A stretch of 63,330 bases of DNA, filler included, from Octopus bimaculoides (GCF_001194135.2; 5 parts of 5 records of this genome joined end to end with filler, not necessarily neighbours in it), one strand, 5' to 3'; counted from the whole stretch's first letter, positions 1-12,359 are shown. A program made the numbers and translations. The notes: a model not told the origin generated them from the sequence alone.

Positions 1-34
<34 letters not shown>

Positions 35-897
35 CTGTCTGCGTACGTATGTATATGGACCCACAAATGTGTATATAAAGATATTCGTATATCCACATAT
101 ATGAGAGCCTACAAGCTAAACCAAGTTGAATACTTTCTCACTTGTTGTATGATGAGAATTAAACAGTCATTATATTGAAACGTAACAAGAAACGCTGATA
201 AATACACAAATTTAATAGGGAAATTAGAATGAAATTCAGTTCAGGCGGTTGCATAATGCGCTAAGATAATCTTCTGAATGGGGAAAAAATTAATTAAAAT
301 GACTAATAACATATTAGACAGAACAAGACACAAACGTATATACATATATATTTATATATATGTGAATTACATCAAATACACAGACTTAGAAATTATACTG
401 AGAAATGAATGAAAGAAGGCATAGTTGAATGTACACAAATGAAAGTAAAGGTTACGAATGAATATTGTAAACGCGCTAGATTAATGATACAAACTAAGTT
501 AGATGCCGTAACATAGGTTACAAGCATGAAGACTAGCTGTTTCACTGATAACTTATAGTTATTATATTCTCAACTGGAGTCTTAATGATTTAGCATGCGT
601 TGATAGGAAAACAAAGAATTTGATTATAGAATGTAGGAATATTTCAGTGAAACACTGACAAAGAAGGATGATAATTTATCACGAACGTAGAATGGAAGGA
701 GTCTTCTTCAATTAGAGAGCGTAAATTACTAATATGCTATTATAAAGTAGCGAACAAAAGGTAAATGAAGATATCTGTGGGCTGTGGAGATAGAGCAATC
801 AATCATATTATTACTAGCTACCTGCACTTAGCGACAACGAAATTTATATGTGTGTATATATAAATGTGTGTGTGTGTGATTCCAGTTAAGAAAATTA

Positions 898-943
<46 letters not shown>

Positions 944-949
944 TATATC

Positions 950-1075
950 TTCTTTTCTACTCTAGGCACAAGGCCCAAAATTTTTGGGCAGGGGACCAGT
1001 CGATTAGATCTACCCTTGTACGGAACTGGTACTTAATTTATCGACTCCGAAAAGATGAAAAAAGAAAGTAGATCC
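950..1075 (-). mobile_element. SINE family A, 3' fragment, abutting a SINE-B fragment
   Basis: Shares ctctaggcacaaggccc...actggtacttaatttatcgac..gaaa.gatgaa with the other family-A copies. Confidence 0.7.
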
Positions 1076-1427
1076 AGTTGTCAAGCGATGGCGGGGGGAC
1101 AAACACAAACAGCAAATACATACACACACAGACACACACGCGGTAGATATGAAAAATTGTAACATATAAGCGCGAGGCATGTTTGTATGTATTGCCTTGT
1201 ATTTATGTGTTAATTTTGGCTTTTCTGCTGATGATAGCTGGCCTAGCACATTATATTATTTTGCTGAAAATAGCTTGAAACCTTGCTTCAGGAAATAATG
1301 GTAAATGTTTTTATTTTTCATTCCCTTTCGAAATTATCCCTAATTCTGGTTTGGAGTTTGACTACTCCTTCTAGCCGGTTTGATGTCCTATTATGGACAT
1401 CTCTCTTATGTGTTTAAATGTACACTG

Positions 1428-1489
<62 letters not shown>

Positions 1490-2081
1490 TAGGTTCATAG
1501 GATATTTACATAAATTTACACACACACACACACATCACCCTCATCATCATCCACATCAGCATTATCATCATCATCAACAACAACATCACGACTCATCTTC
1601 CATAACGACAAGCTGGATAATATTTTCCGGGGCAGCAGATTTCCACGGAGCAGGTGATTAGGCTGAAAACACGCACGAATTATTGTCAAAGATTATCATG
1701 ATAAAAATGTATCCTAATCGATTCATCAATTCCAATGGAAGACAATATATTCCCGAAAGAAATACAGGAATTATCTAATTATTACAACTGTAAATTGAGT
1801 TATCCGCAATGTATGTATTGCGAAGGGAGGTAATCATTATAAACAAAGCCATCGTAAGAAGCGAAAAGGCAACTGTATAAATGAAATCCCAAAGGCCATA
1901 GGGGAAGCCTCTATGTGACCATACGATATGCTAGATATAGCAGTTAGATTATCACGGCTAAATGTCTTTGATTATAGGTTCATTGGTTAAAAGTTGCAAA
2001 TTAACAAAACACACAGGATTTGAATATATACGTAACCTACAGAAAATTACACTGTAAATCACGGTATATTCTTACAAAAAC

Positions 2082-2123
<42 letters not shown>

Positions 2124-2430
2124 TAGTGCGTTTGTATGTGAGCTTGCATGCTCATGTTTGTAGGTATGAAGGTAGGAAGAGATAGAGATAGATAGAGAGA
2201 AAGACAGACAGACAGAGAGAGAGAGAGCGATAAACACAGACATTTAGACAGACGGACAGATGGACACACAGACAGTATCATTAACGTGTCAGACAAAATA
2301 CTTAGCGGTATATCCTTCGGCTCTTTATTTTCTGAGTTCAAATCACGCTGACGTCAAATTTATCTTCAATTCTTTCGAAGTAGAATCACCTACCTTTTCA
2401 ACACTAAGATTCATGTAAACTTTTCTATTA

Positions 2431-3300
2431 AAGGCACAAGACGTGAAATCTGGGTGGGGAGGACACTAGTCGATTTCATCGACCCCAGCGATTCAGTGGT
2501 GCTTAATTTATCGATCCGAAAGGATAAAAGGGAATGTCGACCTCAGCGGATTTTGAACTCAGAACGTAAAGGCAGGTGAAATCCGCTAAGCATTGCGTCG
2601 GCGCGCCAACGATTCTCCCAGCTCTCCGCTTTGAGGTCCATATAATCCTATCTACTATAGACTAAAGGACTGAAATTTGGTGTGGGGGGGGAGGACACTA
2701 GTCCATTTCATAAACTCCAGTGTTTCAGTGGTGCTTAATTTATCAACCCGAAAGGATGAATGTCAACGTCGACCTCAGCGGAATTTGAACCGAGAGCCTA
2801 AGATGGGCGAAGCCCGCTAGGCGTTTTGCCGGGGCGCTCACGATTCCTATTTCTTTATTGCCCACAAAGGGCTAAACATAGAGGGGACAAACAAGGACAG
2901 ACAAAGGGATTAAGTCGGTTACATCGACTCTAGTGCGTAACTGATACTTAATTTATCGACCCCGAAAGGATGAAAGGCAAAGTCGACCTCAGCGGAATTT
3001 GAACTCAAAATGTAAAGACAGACAGAATACTGCTAAGCATTTTGCCCGGCATGCTAACGTTTCTTATTTCTTTATTACCCACAAAGGGTTACACACAGAG
3101 GGGACAAACAAGGACAGACAAAGGTATTAACTTTATTACATCGACCGCAGTGCGTAACTGGTACTTAATTTATCGACCCCGAAAGGATGAAAGGCAAAGT
3201 CGACCTCGGCGGAATTTGAACTCAGAACGTAACAGCAGAGGAAATACCGCTAAGCATTTCGCCCGGCGCGCTCACGATTCTGCCAGCTCACCGCTTTCAG
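2431..3300 (-). mobile_element. Array of four tRNA-derived SINE family A copies
   Basis: The core tcgac(c)ccagtg...cttaatttatcgaccc(c)gaaaggatgaaaggcaaagtcgacctc(a/g)gcggaatttgaactcagaacgt recurs at about 2431-2630, 2650-2845, 2847-3060 and 3061-3295. On the minus strand each has a B-box-like GAGTTCAAATTC. Confidence 0.9.
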
Positions 3301-3685
3301 ATCCATATAATCAACCTCCAAATTTGTTGGTTCTGTACCAAAATTTGGAATCATTCTTTTGTTTGTGTACTCCTCTCAAACAATAGAAATGATTTGCAGT
3401 TTTGCGAAGACAGTTTACGTGTCTGTACAGTATATTCTGTTATTACAAACAACGTTGTCAGTTGTAGGTATGTTCAGTGTTAACTAATTTAGAAATACGC
3501 TATTAAAATGACATTTTGAATTAAAATTCCAAGACAAGCACTTTTCAACTTCCTACATTTAGTTAGTTATTCGGAAAATACGAAGAACAGATAAGAATAA
3601 GACTGAAAAATATCCAGCGCTTTCTCTCCCCCCCCTCTCTCTCTCTCTCACAAACACACACACACACACACACTGACGTGAGGTA

Positions 3686-3890
3686 AACACGCGAATTATT
3701 CTTTTCTGTTCTAGGCACAAGGCCCGAGGTTTTTGTGGAGGAGGCTAGTCGATTACATCGACGCAAGTACGCAACTGGTACTTAATTTGTTGACCCCGAA
3801 AGGATGAAAGGCAAAGTCGACCTCGGCGGAATTTGAACTCAGAACGTAAAGACAAACGAAATGTGCTAACGTTTCTGCCTGCTCGCCGTC
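3686..3890 (-). mobile_element. SINE family A
   Basis: Same core as above; tail ttctgttctaggcacaaggccc. Confidence 0.85.
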
Positions 3891-4329
3891 TTAAACATGC
3901 GATTTATTCTAATAGCATTATGCAGGTGTGGTTATGTGCTAAGAAAGCTTGCTTCCGGTGAAACGACGTCGTTCGTGTTTTTTGTTTTTTTTTGTTCTGT
4001 GAGCTGTAAGCCATCATTTTCCCTGTTGAAATTGTGTTATTTGTTGTTGAATGTTATTGTTAAAGAACGTTATTGTTGGACTGCTGCCTGTTTGCAGGTT
4101 TTGTTGAACTGTATATTTCCCGGTATACCGGAAAATAGAAATTTTCTGTGGCCGTTTGGCATTTATTCAGTTGATTCATTGGATTTTTACGGAGAACATT
4201 ATAATTATTTGGCCTTTGTAGGTATTTTCAAGCTGCACCCCGCCCCCAAACGGGGGTGGGATTTGAGCTGCTGTTCCTCTTGCGAGGTATTAATTTTTAA
4301 ACTAAAAAAAAATCAAGTGGAAGGGTAAA

Positions 4330-5300
4330 AACCAAAGTATTTGAAATGTGGCCGAAGGGGCACATAAGGGTTGATTGTGAATTTGGAAAAAAGAGGAAGC
4401 AAATTCAAAGGCCCACACATCTGTGGACACACCTACTCCCGGCCCCTCACAAACCCGAAAATACTGACCCCAAACCCATACACACATCAGCCCCTACATT
4501 AGCAGACACTCACTCCCCCAACTGTGGTGCCCACACAAGTTCCAAACAAGTGTTCTAAAAGCTTCTACCCATGCATGCTCCAGGCCCGACAACAACAAAA
4601 ATACCCACCCGCTCAACGGCCATGGCACCTGATGGCCAAAGTCCAACTCCCTCAGACGACACCATGCAGGTAGTCGAGAGGTGGTTCACTATTGTTCGAA
4701 ACACGGCCAAAAAACTAATCACCTCCCAAAACATCTCAGGAAAGAGCAATAAAAGGATTCCTTACGAGACGTGAAGTCGGCCCCTACATCACCAGCGAAA
4801 GGTAAGTAAAACTTTTAATTTTCCTTAAATTGTCGACACTTAACCTTGGTTGCCTGAATGTGCGTGTTCCGAACTCGAAGTGGTAGCAAGTATGTTTCCT
4901 CGACGACCTCAGATCACATAATATACATGTGATGGTTGCTACAGAGACCAAGCTGGATAGGTTACAGACCTTCTCGGCTCTCCTGAATGGTTATGAGAAA
5001 ATCATGTCTCCTGACCAGACCTGAGGTCGAGGAGGTGTAGTAGTCCTGGTCCGATAAGGCTTGGCACTGCAGACAAGTACAGCCTTTGTGGACCCTGAAG
5101 GTGGGCTCGTCGTCCTTGACGTGACATACAGCAGTAAGGCCTTCAGGTTGATTGGTATTTATACACCTTGTGCAAGAAGACAGCAAACTGATTTCTATCG
5201 GCGCCAACAGAACTTTCTCGTAACGTCCAGAACATTAGTTGAGCTAGGAGACTACAATGCTATTCTGGATGCTCGCCTGCATAGCTGTAACCATGCCTAG
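4330..5300 (+). mobile_element. Degenerate L1/Tx1-clade LINE fragment: end of ORF1 with a CCHC-knuckle remnant and the ORF2 APE endonuclease N-terminus; RT absent
   Basis: About 4335-4380 reads YLKCGRR/GHIRVDC across a frameshift (Cx2Cx4Hx4C remnant). One frame from 4839 to 5300 reads LNLGCLNVR...VATETKL...GRGGVVVLVR...RLIGIYTP...LGDYNAILDARL with three internal stops, matching APE motifs (NV.G, QET, GGV, IYAP, GDFN). Confidence 0.8.
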
Positions 5301-5589
5301 GTACTCTTCCTTCATATGCAAACTCTCAAATTCCGAAATACAGCCACTTAAATCCAACTGAAATACCATATAGTGATTTTTGTATGATTTATGAGATATT
5401 TCTAGCAAATAATGTGATGTTTAATGTAATAGTGTCAAACATTTTTCTTGCGTAGCATCGCGTCGTTATTCGCAGCAGAAAAATCGAGACGGTTATTCAA
5501 AACGTTTCTTTCTGTATTTCGTCTGCACCAAATGTAAGGCTATGTGCGTTTATATGTACCTGTATTTATGTGTGTATATGTGCGTGTTT

Positions 5590-5607
5590 GTGTGATTGCA
5601 TGTTTGC

Positions 5608-5696
<89 letters not shown>

Positions 5697-5791
5697 CATA
5701 TTTAAATATATATGTATATATATGTATATTTATATATATGTGTATATTTATATATATATATATATACACATATGTATATACATATATATAT

Positions 5792-5832
<41 letters not shown>

Positions 5833-5845
5833 TATATATACACAC

Positions 5846-5876
<31 letters not shown>

Positions 5877-5927
5877 TACATATATATACACACATATATA
5901 TATATATACACACATATATACATATAT

Positions 5928-5984
<57 letters not shown>

Positions 5985-6009
5985 TACACACANNNNNNNN
6001 NNNNNNNNN

Positions 6010-6057
<48 letters not shown>

Positions 6058-6075
6058 ACATACACGCATACATAT
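5590..6075. repeat. Compound (TA)n/(CA)n microsatellite with a small gap
   Basis: Directly visible. Confidence 0.95.
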
Positions 6076-6585
6076 ATGATTTACCGGTCCACGTACGCAT
6101 ACACTCTAAAAGCGATTTTGAATAGTTTGTCATATTTCATTCCAGTAGAAAATTTTAGTACTGTGCATCGCTTCTCAGAGTAACGGGAAATAACTGCTTG
6201 TGTGCGTGTGTGTGTGAGCATGTGTGAATGTCTGTGAGCATGTATGTATGTATGTATGTATGTATGTATGTGTTTGTATCTATATGGAAAGAATTGTTTT
6301 AAAAGTGTTCTGACCAGACATTGTAATTCTCACCCTCGACGTGATCAGGTTCACAATATTCGTTTCCAGAAGAAAACTGGTTGTTCTGGGACTGGGATAA
6401 GGAGCCACTCATGTGACTATGGCGGGGTACTTATTGAGAATTTTTTTTAATAAATGGCAATATCCAGAAAAAAGTAGTAATCTACATATGTGTATTTATT
6501 CCATGCTATCAATTCAAAATTGAAGTTAGCTAAATCACCTAGGATATACGTACATGATAACTTCATTGCATTGAATATAGATATA

Positions 6586-7073
6586 CAGGGTGCCCCAAAA
6601 CGATGTATTCAATCTTTGACTTCCCAGTACTCATGCATTTTGTGTTCAAGTACATGTTTATTAATATACATACAATCCTAAAAAGTTAATTAATTTAGGA
6701 AAATAAACTGTTGTAGAAACGATTATTTATTGTAATTTAGAATTCTTTTATGTTCTCTCTCATTCATGCGTGTTCGCAAATATTCAAACTGCCTTCCTTT
6801 ATTTTCCAAACAAATCTGATAACGTCCAACAATGGATTCGACAACATTACCAAACATTCATTTGGAATTGCAAGACGTTATCTTTGAGATGTCCCTATTA
6901 AAAAAAAAAAAAATTGGCGTGAATTCTGGGGAACGTGCAGGAAATTCAACTCTACCTCTCCTCCCAATACATTTGTTTGGATTTGTTGCATCGAGGTAAG
7001 CCCGTACATCACAAAAAACAATACATTAGTAATTGTCTGTCAAAGAGTGAGTACATCTTTTTGGGACACCCTG
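6586..7073 (-). mobile_element. Internally deleted Tc1/mariner DNA transposon (488 bp) with TA target duplication
   Basis: TA|CAGGGTGCCCCAAAACGATGTATTCAATCTTTGAC at the left end. Reverse complement of the right end is CAGGGTGTCCCAAAAAGATGTACTCACTCTTTGAC, followed by TA (35-bp TIR, 4 mismatches). The minus strand retains EFPARSPEFTP..FF (a WPxRSPDLTP-type motif) and C..NKGRQFE.L, the C-terminal transposase remnants. Confidence 0.85.
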
Positions 7074-8274
7074 TATATAGAGAGAGTATGGAGTGATCTG
7101 GAACAAAAAGCATTTAGTAAGATCAATAAGACAGGTTGTGTGTGAGATCGCTGAATACTGCAAAATGTCTTACTTAACTTACCATGGGAATTACTTGTGA
7201 GAGATCGAATTAATATGAGTGCATCGGTTCAATTTTTGCTAATTAGTTTCAAAAGGTTTAATAGATAATATTTTAATAGAAATCTTGCTAAGGTGCTTAG
7301 GCTACGTTAACTCCTCAAATTCTAAGCCTAAATAAATCATTTAGAAGTCTATGCAATCATCGCGTATGTAACGCTAAGAATATAGTAAATCGTTGATTTT
7401 GTAATGAATAGCTCTTGAAATGCTAGATGTATAGAGCTTATTTGAAGCTATTGATTACGATGGAAAACATAAATTGAGGTCACCGAAAATGCTATTAGAT
7501 CCTGAAATATACCACATACACATTCATTCAAAAATAGGCATTAAACACAGCCCCAATTCATTACCAAAGTAGATGTAATAGATGGATAACAAAGAATAGA
7601 AAACGCTATATTCAAATGGAACATAAACACTGAGTAGATCGGTGTATAACCGAAACATTTAAGATATTAAAACTGCTGGCCGATATCCAAAAGTCATAAA
7701 ACGTTTCCATTTCGTTTGTATTCAAAAATTTTGAATTTTTTAAGAATATCACAGCTGCGGATTCATTACAGTTAAAATCTGGTGAAAAACCTAGTTTCAG
7801 AAACATCTGGTTCCCCAAACCAAGACACAGAATGCATAAAACCATGACGCACTGCAAAAAAAAAACCAACTTATTTTTACTCCTCCTTAATTGTGTGACG
7901 CAGTTGGACAAGTGTTAGATGCAGATGATACACAAGGAGACATACTCTTCAGAAAGTTTACCTGTTTATACCTCCACTGAATTGATTAGACACATACAAG
8001 TGAATTAGCTACAAGCAGTCGAGAAAGAAATCCACTTGCCTCAATAATCTATTTGATTATGGCCAATCACTAGTGAGAAAAATTTATTAAATATTTCACT
8101 TCAATATATGTATCAGGTACGTTAAATAACGGATTAGATGCAAGCAGATGACTGTGATAAATTATTCTCTCACGAAGCAGGGACCAAGCCGAAGGTCTTG
8201 CGATTGTGAAGCGATTTTATCTAACATTATTACAGGGTATTTTACATGTAATATAATGGTTTAAAATTTCACCA

Positions 8275-8850
8275 CCAGGGGAACGTTTGTAAGGAAGGGG
8301 TTAAGTCGATTACATCGACCCCAGAGTTCAAATGGCACTTATTTTATCGACATCCGAAAGGCAAAGTCGGCCTCGGTGAAATTTGAACTCAGAACGTAGC
8401 GACAGACGAAATACCGCCCAACATTTCGTCCGGCGTGTTGACGATTCTGCTAGCATTAATTTTACGTGTAATATAATAAAATTCGTAGGGCGGCGTGCTG
8501 GCAGTAACATTAGCATGCCGTGCTTAGCGGTATTTTATCTGTCTTTGAGTTCAAATTCCACCGAGGTCGACTTTGCCTTTCATCCTTTCAGGTTCGATAA
8601 ACTAAGTACCAGTTGCGTACCGATCTAGTCGACAGGCCCCTTCCCACAAAATTTCAGACCTTGTGCCTAGAATAAAAAAGATGGTTAGCGGTATTTCGTC
8701 TGCCGTTACGTTCTGAGTTCAAATTCCGCCGAGGTCGACTTTACTTTTCATCCTTTCGGGGTTGATAATCTAAGTACCAGTTACGTATTAGGCTCGATGT
8801 AATCGACTGGTCCCTTCCCCAAATTCCAGTCCTTGTGACGATAGAAGAAA
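8275..8850. mobile_element. Three SINE family A copies: minus (about 8275-8455), plus (about 8493-8665) and plus (about 8685-8850)
   Basis: Core gagttcaaattcc(a/g)ccgaggtcgacttt(g/a)c(c/t)tttcatcctttc in both orientations. Confidence 0.85.
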
Positions 8851-9719
8851 TGAATTTGTATCATGCTGAATCTTCCTAAGAACTATGCTATGGGTACACA
8901 TGTATGTGGAGTACTCAACCACTTGCACGTAAATCTATTCTACTAAAAGTACAAGGCCTAAAATTCGGGGGGGGGGGNNNNNNNNNNNNNNNNNNNNNNN
9001 NNNNNNNNNNNNNNNNNNNNNNNNNNNNNNNNNNNNNNNNNNNNNNNNNNNNNNNNNNNNNNNNNNNNNNNNNNNNNNNNNNNNNNNNNNNNNNNNNNNN
9101 NNNNNNNNNNNNNNNNNNNNNNNNNNNNNNNNNNNNNNNNNNNNNNNNNNNNNNNNNNNNNNNNNNNNNNNNNNNNNNNNNNNNNNNNNNNNNNNNNNNN
9201 NNNNNNNNNNNNNNNNNNNNNNNNNNNNNNNNNNNNNNNNNNNNNNNNNNNNNNNNNNNNNNNNNNNNNNNNNNNNNNNNNNNNNNNNNNNNNNNNNNNN
9301 NNNNNNNNNNNNNNNNNNNNNNNNNNNNNNNNNNNNNNNNNNNNNNNNNNNNNNNNNNNNNNNNNNNNNNNNNNNNNNNNNNNNNNNNNNNNNNNNNNNN
9401 NNNNNNNNNNNNNNNNNNNNNNNNNNNNNNNNNNNNNNNNNNNNNNNNNNNNNNNNNNNNNNNNNNNNNNNNNNNNNNNNNNNNNNNNNNNNNNNNNNNN
9501 NNNNNNNNNNNNNNNNNNNNNNNNNNNNNNNNNNNNNNNNNNNNNNNNNNNNNNNNNNNNNNNNNNNNNNNNNNNNNNNNNNNNNNNNNNNNNNNNNNNN
9601 NNNNNNNNNNNNNNNNNNNNNNNNNNNNNNNNNNNNNNNNNNNNNNNNNNNNNNNNNNNNNNNNNNNNNNNNNNNNNNNNNNNNNNNNNNNNNNNNNNNN
9701 NNNNNNNNNNNNNNNNNNN

Positions 9720-9770
<51 letters not shown>

Positions 9771-9872
9771 GTCTGTATTTACGCGTATGTATATACACGT
9801 GTGCTTGTGTAGCATATATGTGTTAGATTTATGTGTATATAATACTCAATTATAGCTACTTGTATATGTATG

Positions 9873-9911
<39 letters not shown>

Positions 9912-10688
9912 ATACATATATTCATGCACACATACTCATACACCTATAGGCATACATGTACACACACATATTTATGTTTATATGCATGAGTTTGTGTGTT
10001 TGTGTCTATGTGTGTAGTAAAAAACTGTACCGGTTAGCAAAATTCACTAATTGAAAAACGGGCTGTTTGCTGAAATCAATTTACCAGTAAAGTACCCACA
10101 TTATAAATTCTGGTCGATATTTTATTCGCTTATTAGAATCAATTATAATTTTTTTTATATATAATCAATAGCAGAATGCAAAAATCCTGTCAAATTTAGC
10201 AGTGTCTACTGAAGCGCATAGATTTGGATACAATAGGAATTCATTGTGGTGCATGGAAAATCCAGTGAGTGTATTCAATGCGAAACTGATGGTGCGGACC
10301 AAGAAAAATTTTCTACATGGATAAAAATATACAGTGGAGCTCTAAATTTGTTGTGCAATGACTGACATAGAATCCATTCAGACAGCAAAAATAATTATCA
10401 TAAATCTTTCAGAAAGTACTATCTGTTATAATGAAGTTGATGAAATATAATGAATACCTGTTGCTAAATGCCAAAACCTATCAGATCTGACTATTTTATA
10501 ACAGAGAAAGAGCACGAGAGAGACAAAAGGGACAGAGAAAAAGGGGGCGAGACAGAGAAAGACAGAGGGGAAAGAGAAACAAACAGATAACTATGGCCAT
10601 TATTCAGTGTTATTCTTATCTCTTACATCTATCACCGTATTTGCCGTATAATAGTGAGACTATAACTAAACAAATGTAGACTACTGCA

Positions 10689-10865
10689 GGTGTGGCTGTG
10701 TGGTGAGAAGCTTGCTTACCAACCACATGGTTCCGGATTTAGTTCCACTGCGTTGTACCTTGCGCAAGTGTCTTCTACTATAACCGCGAGCCGACCAAAG
10801 CCTTGTGAGTGGATTTAGTAGACGGAAACTGAAAGAAACCCGTCGTATATATGTACATATATGTA

Positions 10866-10914
<49 letters not shown>

Positions 10915-11115
10915 TTGTGTGTCTGTGTGTTTCCCCCAACATCGCTTGACAACTGTTGTGAGTGTGTTTATGCCCCCCGAAAATTAGCGGTTCGGTAAAA
11001 AGAGACCGATAGAATAAGTAGAAGGCTTACAAAGAATAAGTCCTGGGGTCGATCTGTTCGTCTAAAGGCGATGCTCCAGCATGGCCGCAGTTAAATAACT
11101 GAATCGTGTAAAAGA
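10689..11115 (+). mobile_element. tRNA-derived SINE family B, near full length, with an internal (GT)n
   Basis: Head ggtgtggctgtgtggtgagaagcttgc...ggttccggatttagttcc; central accttgcgcaagtgtcttctac (CORE-like ccttgggcaagt); tail cggttcggtaaaaagagaccgatagaataag...gctccagcatggccgcag. Confidence 0.9.
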
Positions 11116-11964
11116 GTATTTGTTGGCGTAAAATAAATCAAAATTGTCGACATAGGAGAAGTAGAGAGAGAGAGGGGGGAGTAAGAGAGACAGACAAACA
11201 GAAAGAGAAAATCAGAATGGAAAGAGAAACAAAGAGAGAACTATGGGCATTGTTCAGTCTTATATTTATTTATTTCTATAAGCATATCCTGATATTTATC
11301 ATCGTTTCTGCTGTATAACGATGAGACAGACTATAACTAAACGAATGCAGAACATTGCATATTTCTTTGTGTAAAATAAATTAGATTCGTTGATATTGGA
11401 AAAATAGTATCACAGTTGCAATAGAATCATAATTCAAAGAGTCATTTTCTTAGAATATTCCTCTCAAACCAACATCCGATTTAAAAGGTTATTAGGGATA
11501 AAAGAATATACTATACAGATACATAGAATGTTTTAGCAAAATTAGAAACAGTTTAGAGTTCAGCAGTAGTTATGACATAGGTTATGGCTTTTAGAGTAGA
11601 AACAGCAGATAATTCATTGGGTATCGATACCAAAATTAATCAATAATGCATTTGATAAACAAAGGCAGTAATTCGTTTACTTTTAGAATAAAATGCTCCT
11701 CGATCGAATCCAGGCTTGATTAAGCCACATCATAACGATTGGACGCAAAACCGATCGCAGATGTTGATGGGGAACCCTATGTAGAAGTTATGTGTATAAG
11801 TGAATGTTCGACTGTTACTTTTATGTGTAGAGCTCAACGTTGATTTTCGTAATCCAGTCTGCTTTTTGTATAGTGGGTAGCGAACTATTATACTCAGACG
11901 TATTACCAGTTATAAGCTAGAGAGCAAATGCAGGGAAATTAAGGAAAAGACGAGTTTATATTAA

Positions 11965-12145
11965 AGCGGGGAGCAGTCGATTACATCGACCCCAGTGATT
12001 CACTGGTACTTAATTTATTAACCCCGATAGGATGGAGGCCAAGGTCGACCTCGGCAGAATTTGAACTCAGAAACGTAAAGACGAACGAAATGCTGCTAAG
12101 CATTTTGACCTGAGTGCTAACGATTCTGCCAGTTCGCCACCTTGC
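11965..12145 (-). mobile_element. SINE family A
   Basis: Family A core with head ...gctaagcattttgacctgagtgctaacgattctgccag. Confidence 0.85.
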
Positions 12146-12359
12146 AGTAATTGGCCTGCTGCCAGTAAATCGAATAAATCGACAATAGTATTGAATTATC
12201 AATCAAGTTAATTACTTATTATACCGATATTGTTTGCTGCTCTGCTTTTGCAAATCTACGAGGATGAAAACAAAGCAACACTGGTCATCAAGCGCTGCGA
12301 ATCAAAAGCACAAAGACACTCACAATCACAAAGACAGAAGCACATGTATGTATTTAAAA

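Noticed and set aside
2431-3300. Regularly recurring repeats that might suggest a CRISPR-like array
   Set aside because: The units are about 200-bp SINE copies with no unique spacers and no cas genes, in eukaryotic DNA.
5566-6183. Long ORFs of [14 protein letters not shown] type here and at about 1380, 12727-13050, 28756-29433, 50962-51481, 51864-52200 and 58642-59724
   Set aside because: These are translations of (TA)n, (CA)n and (GT)n microsatellites, open in several frames at once.
6334-6412. Possible small minus-strand first exon MSGSLSQSQNNQFSSGNEYCEPDHVE with donor GTGAGA
   Set aside because: Short, with no recognisable homology and no partner exon found; indistinguishable from chance.
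8904-9815. ORFs of 200-384 aa spanning N runs (also 14255-15049, 49456-50176, 53729-54217 and 59466-60620)
   Set aside because: They are open only because N codons contain no stops.
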